The notes beneath the pieces are model-generated. The model saw only the letters and a program-made list of their open reading frames with translations, had not been told where the DNA came from and did no database searches. Source: Macrostomum lignano (Eukaryota). From it: DNA of 64,000 bases. Position 1 is the first letter of the stretch, and each line of letters opens with the position of its first letter. The position numbers and the translations under genes are program-made. This document shows, one piece after another, positions 51,615 to 63,896 of the stretch. The stretch is from contig NIVC01001597.1 of the NCBI GenBank assembly GCA_002269645.1, positions 124,001 through 188,000 on the forward strand, given 5' to 3'.

Positions 51615-51960
51615 ATTTATCGATTTTCTTGGCGGCCCGCCGCGGCTCATTAACCCGCAATTAACCCCCGCTCCTATTCAACCCCTCCACTCTAATATGG
51701 CTTAATTATCTTAGCCGCGCGAGAGCCTCAACCCCCCCCCCGCTATCCTGGCTTATCGATTTTCTTAGCGGCCCGCCGCAACCCATTTAACACACCGTTC
51801 CCCTTTGCTCCTTCCTATTCAACACTTCCACTCTAATATGGCTTAATTATCTTAGCCCGCGAGAGCGTTAACCCCCGCTATCTCCTCTGCTTATCGATTT
51901 TCTTAGCGAGCCGCCGCAACCCATTTAACACACCCATCCCCCTTGCTCCTCTTTAACTTT
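51615..51960. repeat. ~135-bp tandem duplication, about 2.5 copies
   Basis: TTATCGATTTTCTT(G/A)GCG..CCGCCGC recurs at ~51617, 51753, 51892; CCACTCTAATATGGCTTAATTATCTTAGCC occurs twice. Confidence 0.85.
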
Positions 51961-52202
51961 AATATGATACGGCAATATGTTGAGCTTCCTCGGCTTCGTA
52001 TTTAAGAAGACGGGTGTTAATACTCGTTTTTAGTAAGTGAGGATAGGACACTGCGCATGTTGCTTGTATTATTGTGTATAACAAAAAACTTCGGGCATTT
52101 AATGCCCTTTAGTGCAAGCATAGCCACAGTACATGCTAGTAATATACAGATAGACAAAAAACAAAGTACACATGTTTAAGGTTTTTGTCGTGTTGTTTAA
52201 AG

Positions 52203-55200
52203 TTAAGCAAAAAAGTCAACTCTTTTAAATCGTCTGCCCAGAATGTCCCGATCGATCAGCGACTTTCTGGCCAGATATTTCTGCCGCTGATTACGATTTT
52301 CGACTTGACTTGGCACGTCTGGTATGGCCCAGCTGACTAAACGGCTCACAGCGAATACGACTTGCTGGAATGGTTTGGATATGAGCATCCAGGTGTTTGG
52401 TCTGGCCTTAAATACACAGAAATTCCAGACGTCAAAAAAGCAACAACTCTTAACCTGAAAACTCAGCGTAAGTATAATCCTAGCGGCCATTAATTTCCAG
52501 TAGAACTCGCTGTGCTGGTGCTGTGAGAATCCGCCATTGTACCGGCACGGCTCCGATGTTGTATTGGGCGGAGCAAAGTTCAGCGTGAAATTTTTGTAAC
52601 CCTCGAGGCCTTTGTTGTACAGTATTGTGTACACAGTTGTGGGCAGAAACTCGGAAGTGAATGCCATTAGAGTGGCCTAAAATGACGAAACAAGACATAA
52701 TAAGATGGTACACCTAGTCTAGGACTAGGCGAATAAAAATATTGAATGGATTGCTGATCTAGTCAACCAGGATTAAATGAATCAAATGGATTGCTAATCT
52801 AGTCAACACGGATTGAATGAATCGAATGGATTGCTAATCTAGTCAACACGGATTGAATGAATATAATGGATTGCTAATCTAGTCAACAAGGATTGAATGA
52901 ATAGAATGGATTGATAATCTAGTCAACACGGATTGAATGAATATAATGGATTGCTAATCTAGTCAACACGGATTGAATGAATATAATGGATTGCTAATCT
53001 AGTCAACACGGATTGAATGAATATAATGGATTGCTAATCTAGTCAACAAGGATTGAATGAATAGAATGGATTGCTAATCTAGTCAACACGGATTGAATGA
53101 ATAGAATGGATTGCTAATCTAGTCAACACGGATTGAATGAATAGAATGGATTGCTAATCTAGTCAACAAGGATTGAATGAATAGAATGGATTGCTAATCT
53201 AGTCAACACGGATTGAATGAATAGAATGGATTGCTAATCTAGTCAACACGGATTGAATGAATAGAATGGATTGCTAATCTAGTCAACAAGGATTGAATGA
53301 ATAGAATGGATTGCTAATCTAGTCAACAAGGATTGAATGAATAGAATGGATTGCTAATCTAGTCAACACGGATTGAATGAATAGAATGGATTGCTAATCT
53401 AGTCAACACGGATTGAATGAATATAATGGATTGCTAATCTAGTCAACAAGGATTGAATGAATAGAATGGATTGCTAATCTAGTCAACACGGATTGAATGA
53501 ATAGAATGGATTGCTAATCTAGTCAACACGGATTGAATGAATATAATGGATTGCTAATCTAGTCAACAAGGATTGAATGAATAGAATGGGTTGCTAATCT
53601 AGTCAACACGGATTGAATGAATCGAATGGATTGCTAATCTAGTCAACACGGATTGAATGAATAGAATGGATTGCTAATCTAGTCAACAAGGATTAAATAA
53701 AGAGAATGGATTGCTAATATAGTCAACACGGATTAAATAAAGAGAATGGATTGCTAATCTAGTCAACACGGATTGAATGAATATAATGGATTGCTAATCT
53801 AGTCAACAAGGATTGAATGAATAGAATGGATTGCTAATCTAGTCAACACGGATTGAATGAATAGAATGGATTGCTAATCTAGTCAACAAGGATTAAATAA
53901 AGAGAATGGATTGCTAATCTAGTCAACAAGGATTGAATAAAGAGAATGGATTGCTAATCTAGTCAACAAGGATTAAATAAAGAGAATGGATTGCTAATCT
54001 AGTCAACACGGATTAAATAAAGAGAATGGATTGCTAATCTAGTCAACCAGGATTAAATAAAGAGAATGGATTGCTAATCTAGTCAACAAGGATTAAATAA
54101 AGAGAATGGATTGCTAATCTAGTCAACACGGATTGAATGAATATAATGGATTGCTAATCTAGTCAACACGGATTGAATGAATAGAATGGATTGCTAATCT
54201 AGTCAACAAGGATTAAATAAAGAGAATGGATTGCTAATCTAGTCAACAAGGATTGAATGAATAGAATGGATTGCTAATCTAGTCAACACGGATTGAATGA
54301 ATATAATGGATTGCTAATCTAGTCAACAAGGATTGAATGAATAGAATGGATTGCTAATCTAGTCAACACGGATTGAATGAATATAATGGATTGCTAATCT
54401 AGTCAACAAGGATTGAATGAATAGAATGGATTGCTAATCTAGTCAACACGGATTGAATGAATAGAATGGATTGGTAATCTAGTCAACAAGGATTAAATAA
54501 AGAGAATGGATTGCTAATCTAGTCAACAAGGATTAAATAAAGAGAATAGATTTCTAATCTAGTCAACACGGATTAAATGAATCGAATGGATTGCAATCTA
54601 GTCAACAAGGATTGAATGAATATAATGGATTGCTAATCTAGTCAACACGGATTGAATGAATAGAATGGATTGCTAATCTAGTCAACAAGGATTGAATGAA
54701 TAGAATGGATTGCTAATCTAGTCAACAAGGATTAAATAAAGAGAATGGATTGCTAATCTAGTCAACAAGGATTAAATAAAGAGAATGGATTGCTAATCTA
54801 GTCAACACGGATTGAATGAATATAATGGATTGCTAATCTAGTCAACACGGATTGAATGAATAGAATGGATTGCTAATCTAGTCAACAAGGATTAAATAAA
54901 GAGAATGGATTGCTAATCTAGTCAACACGGATTAAATGAATCGAATGGATTGCTAATCTAGTCAACAAGGATTAAATAAAGAGAATGGATTGCTAATCTA
55001 GTCAACACGGATTAAATGAATCGAATGGATTGCTAATCTAGTCAACAAGGATTAAATAAAGAGAATGGATTGCTAATCTAGTCAACACGGATTAAATAAA
55101 GAGAATGGATTGCTAATCTAGTCAACAAGGATTAAATAAAGAGAATGGATTGCTAATCTAGTCAACACGGATTGAATGAATAGAATGGATTGCTAATCTA

Positions 55201-58169
55201 GTCAACAAGGATTAAATAAAGAGAATGGATTGCTAATCTAGTCAACACGGATTAAATGAATCGAATGGATTGCTAATCTAGTCAACTAGGCCACAGCTCA
55301 CATTAGAAATAGTAGCCAGATACGCAATAAACTTGAGCATAGAGAACCAAATTCCGATGCTCTGAGCTCTCTCCGGGCGAGGACGCCGAGTTTCCAGGAC
55401 CAGCTTCCTGGCGTCCAACCGGATCTCCACCAGATTGTTGATGAGCGCGAACAGTGGTGCGAGCGGGAAAGCCGGCACAAACAAGGTGACAAAGCCGAAC
55501 TGCATGACCGCTTCCAGGTATTCCCAGAACAGGCCGTTTTGGTAGGGGATTAACGCGAAATCCGCTTCCCATTGCTTGCTGGAATTTTTCTGTTCGGCAG
55601 GGAAACCCACGGATCCGCGATGGAGCAGCAAGCACAGCTTCCTTTGTTGCGGGTTGGCACAAAAAATTGAATATTTGACGTCGTCCCGCATCACCAATGC
55701 TAACGGCAATTCTGCCCATTCCGCTCGCTCCTGAGCACACACAAGAGCTCCAATACTGTACGCAGACACGCACTTAGCCATCAACAAGGGGTTGACCCTC
55801 ATGGCCATCAACGAATCCCCATAACAGAATCCCCATCAGAGAATCCCCATCAGAGAATCCCCATCACAGAATCCCCATCAGAGAATCCACCATCAGAGAA
55901 TCCCCATCAGAGAATCCCCATCAGAGAATCCCCATCACAGAATCCCCATCACAGAATCCCCATCAGAGAATCCCCCATCAGAGAATCCCCATCAGAGAAT
56001 CACCATCAGAGAATCCCCCATAAGAGAATCCCCATCAGAGAATCCCCCATCAGAGAATCCCCATCAGAGAATCCCCATCAGAGAATCCACCATCAGAGAA
56101 TCCCCCATAAGAGAATCCCCATCAGAGAATCCCCATAACAGAATCCCCATCAGAGAATCCCCCATCACAGAATCCCCATCAGAGAATCCCCATCAGAGAA
56201 TCCCCCATCACAGAATCCCCATCAGAGAATCCCACCGGAAATTAGCGGCTCGAGCTCACGGATAAAGCAGTTCGCTGGCCTGGGCAAACAGCTGGTTAAA
56301 AATGAAGATAATGGCCAGGTACTGAGTCAGCTCGAACATGCAGCTGCCATTTAAGCATTCCACGAATCTGGACCCAAACAGCCTGTTGTAGTCTCCAGGT
56401 TTTCCGGACAGACTAAAAATTAGGGCGCAAGTTTAGTAATGTTTAAAATCCCAGTTAGATATGGGATCACCTTTTATCACTTGTTAGATACGCAATCCCC
56501 TGCTAGATACGGGATCACCTGTTAGATACGGGATTATATGTTAGATACGGGATTATATGTTAGATACGGGATTATATGTTAGATACAGGATTGCATGTTA
56601 GATACGAGATCACCTGTTAGATACGAGATCACCTGTTAGATACGCGATCACCTGTTAGATACGCGATCACCTGTTAGATACGCGATCACCTGTTAGATAC
56701 GCGATCACCTGTTAGATACGGGATCACCTGTTAGATACGGGATCACCTGTTAGATACGGGATCACCTGTTAGATACGCGATCACCTGTTAGATACGAGAT
56801 CACCTGTTAGATACGCGATCACCTGTTAGATACGAGATCACCTGTTAGATACGGGATTATATTTTAGATGCGGGATCACATGTTAGATACGAGATCACTT
56901 GTTAGATACGGAGTCACCTGTCAGACTGTTGATTTCCTAGGAATGACAAACGAAACAAACATGCAAAAAACTCACTTGGCTTTAAAAAACGCCGTATAAG
57001 AAATGGACAAATAGTAATTGAATAATTCGAACAGGAACACCTTGATGATGACCTGGTTCTCGAACTCGGTCTGAGTTCGGTGCATCTCTGCGGAAGCCAA
57101 TAGGGAGAAAATTTATACGCTTTTTCAAGTATATTATTAAACTGTGTTCCCCACCCCATCAAGCCCATTAGGTGAAAGACCCACCCCACTCCGTGGTCCC
57201 GAAAGCCACATAGTAGCACAGGTACTCCAGCATCAGCACTAGTAGGAAGTTCGCGCTAGCCGAAGTTGTGTTGGCTACTGACAAGGCGGCAGAGCGGAAC
57301 AACTTGTTTTTGAACATTGCTGCCGTGACGACGGCTCGGAATAGGAGCATGAGCAACAGACAGCAGACAGATAGAAACATCTGGAGCGATAACAATAAGG
57401 ATATAAATTAATTAGGTAAAATTAAGAATGGATTACCCATGAAAACGGTACCTAGGCGTACAAGCGTCAAAGAGTTGTTACCGTTCCCAGAGTCATTGCA
57501 GATAATACAGGTGAAATAGGCAAGAAGTAACTCTAGACCACTCTAAAACGACTTGATGTCACGCTACAAGTCGCTAAAAAGTTGTCAGTCAAAGAGTCAG
57601 TTTGAGGTTTCTTTATTGTCTGCGACTCTGAAACGAGTTGCGTCTAAAGCGCACCTAGTGTCACTTGATACGCTCGTAAATTAGAATCGCATTTCACACT
57701 AAAATAATAACTCTATTTAGTCTACTTGAGTTAGTAGAAAGTTAAGCGCCAACAAACCGATATTTTTGGACGACTTTTTGCGACTTTTTTTACGATTCTA
57801 GAACTCACGTGACACGCTCGTGACTCAACAGTCGCCTCTCCGTCGCATCGCAGTCGTTTGATGAATAAAAGATAAAAAATGGATTGCTAATTTAGCCAAG
57901 AGTTCGTACCAGGAATAGTAAGCTAAATAATCCCACTAGCAGCCGAGGCAATCGCTTTGCATGGGAGAAGTGCGGCTCGATCAGACCCGTAATTGGGTCC
58001 TCAGCGAATTCAGTGCACTTGGATGTGTACTCAGGCCGCGCTCGCTCTTGCATCTCGATGTAGTCCACCATGTCCCATCTGGAGGCCAGGATGGCCGACT
58101 GACGCTTCCAGCTTTCTAGGAAGCAGCAGGCTGCGGGGCAGTCAGGCGTGTCAGTCAGTCTGTCAGTCA

Positions 58170-58252
<83 letters not shown>

Positions 58253-58269
58253 GGTCGGTTGGTTGGTCG

Positions 58270-58312
<43 letters not shown>

Positions 58313-58694
58313 GGTCTGTTTGTCTGTCTGTCTGTCTGTCTGTGTTTGTGTTTGTGTGTGTGTGGTCTCCGCTGTCGGTATTTCTTTCACATAACTATCC
58401 TAATTAAGAGACTCACCCCAGAAGGAGGCAAACATTGAATAGACAAGGGTGCCGTGATTATCGAACAGGTAAGAGATGAGAATATAGCCGCACATGTCGC
58501 TGAGGTACCAGTACTTGCATGATTCCGAATCCTTATCGTCGCATAGAGGACACATCTTGAACTCGTTGTGACTGTGGCAAGTCTCCTGTCTGCATGTTTG
58601 CTTGCGTTGCAGCCAATTTTTTAGCGTAAAAGTAAAATTACGGAATAGCGAGACATAGGGCAGTGACAGACAGACAGACAGACAGACAAACAGG

Positions 58695-58733
<39 letters not shown>

Positions 58734-58762
58734 GTAGACACACAGACAGACAGACAAACAGG

Positions 58763-58851
<89 letters not shown>

Positions 58852-61800
58852 TGACTGACTGACTGACTGAGTGACGACAGACAGACAAGAGGATTTACTT
58901 ACACGATTACATTGTCGCGAAGAGTGAAACAGCCGTAGATAAACACGCCAACACCCATAACGCTGGCGGGCACCAGCCAGGTAGTGTAATGACCTGTACA
59001 GTTTGCAACGCTTGAATACTTCTTTTTAAAAGACTCAACTATTTTACACTGTTTAAGTCGATGAGCTCACCGATAAAAGCGTAATAGAAGGCAACTTTCT
59101 CTCCAAAGTATTCGCGAATGTGCTCAAGAGGCTGGTACTTGTGCCATCGGCTCCATCGTGCCCAGTATTTGTGCAGCACTTGGCGAGAATTGAGCTGACG
59201 GGCCGGCTTATCTGCTGGAATCTTCGACGGACCCTGCAGTATTGTTGTCGCACTACCGAAATGACGCACTATGAAAATGATGCACTACCGAAATGACACA
59301 CTATGGAAATGACACACTTCAGAAATGACACACTTCAGAAATGACTCACTTCATAAATGACACACTTCAGAAATGACACACTTCAGAAATGACACACTTC
59401 AGAAATGACACGCTACAGAAATGACACGCTACAGAAATGACACACTTCATAAGTGACACTTCATAAATGAAACACTTCATAAATGACACACTTCAGAAAT
59501 GACACTTCAGAAATGACACGCTACAGAAATGACACACTTCAGAAATGACACACTTCAGAAATGACACGCTACAGAAATGACACACTTCATAAGTGACACT
59601 TCATGACAACAGAAATGACACACTTCATAAGTGACACTTCATAAATGACACACTTCATAAGTGACACTTCATAAATGACACACTTCAGAAATGACACACT
59701 TCAGAAATGACACACTTCAGAAATGACACACTTCAGAAATGACACTTCAGAAATGACACACTTAAAAAATGACACACTTCAGAAATGACACGCTACAGAA
59801 ATGACACGCTACAGAAATGACACACTTCAGAAATGACTCACTTCATAAATGACACACTTCAGAAATGACACACTTCAGAAATGACACACTTCAGAAATGA
59901 CACGCTACAGAAATGACACACTTCAAAAGTGACACTTCATAAATGACACACTTCAGAAATGACACACTTCAGAAATGGCACACTTCATAAGTGACACTTC
60001 ATAAATGACACACTTCATAAATGACACACTTCAGAAATGACTCACTTCAGAAATGACACACTTCAGAAATGACACACTTCAGAAATGACACACTTCATAA
60101 ATGACACACTTCAGAAATGACTCACTTCAGAATGACACACTTAAAAAATGACACACTTCAGAAATGACACGTTACAGAAATGACACGCTACAGAAATGAC
60201 ACACTTCAGAAATGACTCACTTCATAAATGACACACTTCAGAAATGGCACAATTCATAAGTGACACTTCATAAATGACACACTTCAGAAATGACACACTT
60301 CAGAAATGACACACTTCAGAAATGACATGCTACAGAAATGACACACTTCAGAAATGACACACTTCAGAAATGACACACTTCAGAAATGACACACTTCATA
60401 AATGACACACTTCAGAAATGACACACTTCAGAAATGACATGCTACAGAAATGACATGCTACAGAAATGACACACTTCAGAAATGACACACTTCAGAAATG
60501 ACACACTTCAGAAATGACACACTTCAGAAATGACACACTTCAGAAATGACACACTTCAGAAATGACACACTTCAGAAATGACACACTTCAGAAATGACAC
60601 ACTTCAGAAATGACATGCTACAGAAATGACACACTTCAGAAATGACACACTTCAGAAATGACACACTTCAGAAATGACACACTTCAGAAATGACACACTT
60701 CAGAAATGACATGCTACAGAAATGACACACTTCAGAAATGACACACTTCAGAAATGAAACACTTCAGAAATGACACACTTCATAAATGACACACTTCAGA
60801 AATGACACACTTCAGAAATGACATGCTACAGAAATGACACACTTCAGAAATGACACACTTCAGAAATGACACGCTTCAGAAATGACACGCTACAGAAATG
60901 ACACACTTCAGAAATGACACGCTTCAGAAATGACACGCTACAGAAATGACACACCGCAATGACACACTCCAGATGGCACACTGACACTACGTAAATTCTA
61001 TTCCAACAAAAATCTGCAGTACTTTAGTTTCAGAATGGTAATGAAGCAGAATGTTCATTTAAACGACCTGTACTTGTCCTTGCCTACCTCATGGGGCGGA
61101 AACGCGCACGAATAAATACCCCTCTTTATCATGCTGTCCAGGCCAATCTCGGACAAATCTTTCCGGCCGTAAACCTGTGTGCCCAACACCTCGTAGGCCA
61201 CTTCAAAGCGTTGAGTTGGTTTGAAGTACGTGTCTTTGTTCTCACTGCCTACGTATCTGGAAGGAAAAATTTAAATTTTCTAGAAATATCAATTTTCGGA
61301 AAACTTTTACCAGTCAAGTGCCAGATAAATAAACTAGATCTTGGATTTGGGCCAGACGAGAGAGGTTAGGAGAGGGAATAGAGGAGAGAGAAGAGGAAAG
61401 AAGGGTTGGAAAATGAGAGAAGAGAGAAGAGAGAAGAGAAGAGACACAAACCTTGAGGGGGTATCGGGTATCCGCATACAAAACTATAACAAAGTGCAAT
61501 TCTCACTTTTTCAACTTGGATGCTGAAAATGGGCTGGTGTAGTACTGCAGCGGTGCATTTGGAACATCCTGGTCAAACGCAAAGTTGATCCAGTCTAATG
61601 GATTTCTGCTTTTTCTGTGTAGCTCCATGGCTTTGTCCTTCTCTACTTGCTGTAAGGGTGGCGTGAACACAGTCAACTTATTGTTTTGTTTGTTTTACTA
61701 CTTAAAATGACGTTTTATTACCATGATTGGAGCACGGAAGCTCAGATACTCGGCATAGTAGCACATTGTCTTCCACGAGATAAAAAGCTTCACGTAGTGA

Positions 61801-63896
61801 ATTCTTTTCTTTGAACTTGTGCTGACTTCCTTGATAATATTTAATTCAGAAATGGTTCTCCATAAAGTGTAAAGTTATTGAATAATTTAATATAGAATTT
61901 TTAACTATAGGGTGCCGTGAGGTGGAAGGTGCTGAGGTGGAGGGTGCAGTGAGGTGGAGGGTAATGAGGTGGAGTGTGCTGTGAAGTGGAGGGTGCTATG
62001 AGGTGGAGGGTACTGAAGGGTGGAAAGTGAGAAATCTGAATGACTGTGGTACACATAGCAAGAAATGACAACAGCCATAGAAAAGCCCCGTTAAAAAAGA
62101 TGATGAATAAACTCCACCCGCACTCACCCGCTCGAGTTCCACGCCAGCGCTAATAAGGTTATCTTCGAACTTCTTTCGATAGCCGTTGGCAAATCTAAAC
62201 CAGTCTTTTTTCTCAGGCGACGGAACCAGATCTTCCTCCCACACGAGAACGTAGTCTGGTGTTCGATAGTGGTAATAAATACGTAATAGAAACAATAGAA
62301 ACTCAATAAAAACCATATTGAGGCAACACGACAAAGCAGCTTTCAGACTTACCAACCCTTCGAACCCCATCGTTGAAATAGCAAGCAGACGGGCCTTCGA
62401 AAATTTGACTGTCCAGCACAATACTTGACATCGAGTTCACTTCATCCACAGCGCTCGTGACTGCCGGACGTCTAGCATCTTTCAAACTCGAGAAAGTAAG
62501 CTTTTTAGACACGTCGCTCATCAATGGAGTCTGAGCAGCACCGGCTCGATTCGGAGACGGCTGAGTCCACGCGTCTTTTCGCATCGGCTGGACCATCGCC
62601 ACATTCGGCGCCTGCCTCAGTGCAGCGTCACTTTGGTAGGCAGCAGCGGGCGCTTTCTGACTCAATGAGCTCTGAAGCTGTCTCAGATTCTGAGACTGTC
62701 TGGCTTCTAATGATGCTTTTTCTTGCTGAAGTTGCATCGAAATCGAACTGGCATTCAGCGAAATTCTAGGAACCGTCGCAGTCGCACTCTTGCGCGGTTG
62801 ATGCCCTGCTGACGCGTCTGTGGCATGTTTTTGCTGAGGCGCTGACTTTGCAGCTGGCTTCCGGATCTGCGTGTTCTTTGTTTTAATACGATGTTCGTTG
62901 AGACCAGGGTGAGGTTTTCAACAGGATTTTGAGGATTTGCCAGCGGGGGAGGGGCAGGACAGAGACGAGTTGCATCCACCGGGCTAGGAGATAGGGGTAG
63001 GGGCCACCCAACAAGAGGCATGGGATACCCAGCACCTGAGAGACAGGATTGCCACAACCTAGATATGTAAGAGACAGGGGCACCAACTTAATAGACTGAG
63101 GCACCAACCTGAGGCAGGGACAAGGGCGCCAACCTAAGAGACGGGGTGCCAACCTAAGAGACGCGGTGCCAACCTAAGAGACGGGGTGCCAACCTAAGAG
63201 ACGGGGTGCCAACCTAAGAGACGGGGTGCCAACCTAAGAGACGGGGTGCCAACCTAAGAGACGGGGTGCCAACCTAAGAGACAGGGTGCCAACCTAAGAG
63301 ACGGGGTGCCAACCTAAGAGACGGGGTGCCAACCTAAGAGACGGGGTGCCAACCTAAGAGACGGGGTGCCAACCTAAGAGACGGGGTGCCAACCTAAGAG
63401 ATGGGGTGCCAACCTAAGAGACGGGGTGCCAACCTAAGAGACGGGGTGCCAACCTAAGAGACGGGGTGCCAACCTAAGAGACGGGGTGCCAACCTAAGAG
63501 ACGGGGTGCCAACCTAAGAGACGGGGTGCCAACCTAAGAGACGGGGTGCCAACCTAAGAGACGGGGTGCCAACCTAAGAGACGGGGTGCCAACCTAAGAG
63601 ACAGGGTGCGCCCACGAAACATTAAATATTCGAAGTTGCAGCCAGCTCGAATTAAAAGTCCTCATGCGTACGTCACTGCGCTGGAGCACCCGAGTGCAGC
63701 AGTATTGATTCGTGGCAAAAAATTGCCAGTCTTTCTAACTTAAAACCACTTCTCTAAAGTCAATATTAAATGGCAATTAACAATTTTACTTCCCTCCTGA
63801 CGACAAAAATCACAATTGCAATTTTTGAGGATAAAACGGTAAGGTAAAGTTTTATCTTACCGGTTTTTTCGCGCTGACTTTGATCGACTTTCGCAT
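52203..63896 (-). CDS. Anoctamin/TMEM16 family protein, paralog A; 16 exons, ~976 aa
   Basis: Exons 63861-63896, 62353-62866 (acceptor uncertain), 62128-62255, 61722-61829, 61507-61649, 61088-61256, 59071-59233, 58903-58993, 58417-58589, 57910-58130, 57185-57380, 56976-57087, 56260-56412, 55302-55641, 52455-52676, 52203-52364. GT-AG, frame continuous. Motifs [80 protein letters not shown]. Confidence 0.94.
52745..55287. repeat. 40-bp minisatellite in anoctamin A intron 14
   Basis: (ATGGATTGCTAATCTAGTCAACACGGATTGAATGAATAGA)n, about 63 copies. Confidence 0.98.
55670..55800 (-). mobile_element. SINE core fragment (anoctamin A intron 13)
   Basis: ATTCTGCCCATTCCGCTCGCTCCTGAGCACACACAAGAGCTCCAATACTGTACGCAG closely matches 42670-42730. 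Confidence 0.7.
55810..56235. repeat. 14-bp minisatellite (GAATCCCCATCAGA)n in anoctamin A intron 13
   Basis: About 30 copies. Confidence 0.95.
56490..56925. repeat. 19-bp minisatellite (TGTTAGATACGAGATCACC)n in anoctamin A intron 12
   Basis: About 22 copies. Confidence 0.95.
58150..58345 (+). repeat. (TCTG)n microsatellite in anoctamin A intron 9
   Basis: Direct reading. Confidence 0.95.
58665..58888 (+). repeat. (AGAC)n microsatellite in anoctamin A intron 8, reverse complement of the 58150-58345 tract
   Basis: Direct reading. Confidence 0.95.
59255..60990. repeat. 16-bp minisatellite (AGAAATGACACACTTC)n in anoctamin A intron 6
   Basis: About 105 copies. Confidence 0.97.
61915..62015. 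repeat. ~17-bp G-rich repeat (GAGGTGGAGGGTGCTGT)n in anoctamin A intron 3
   Basis: About 6 imperfect copies. Confidence 0.75.
62990..63678 (-). mobile_element. Second copy of the 20-bp-minisatellite-carrying element, in anoctamin A intron 1
   Basis: (ACGGGGTGCCAACCTAAGAG)n at 63120-63612; unique end finishing GCGTACGTCACTG at 63678 is the reverse complement of the 27316 end. Confidence 0.6.

Noticed and set aside
52745-55287. 40-bp and other arrays as possible CRISPR arrays
   Set aside because: Repeats are head-to-tail with no unique spacers, the context is eukaryotic, and there are no cas genes.
55642-55811. N-terminal extension of ORF 55278-55811 (MAMRVNPLL...)
   Set aside because: Chance read-through into SINE sequence; exon 14 starts at the AAAG acceptor at 55641, matching the phase and size of paralog B exon 14.
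57540-57810. Short inverted match GTCGCTAAAAAGTTGTC / GACGACTTTTTGCGAC in anoctamin A intron 10, possible MITE
   Set aside because: Only ~17 bp of imperfect symmetry, no TSD and no second copy in the window.
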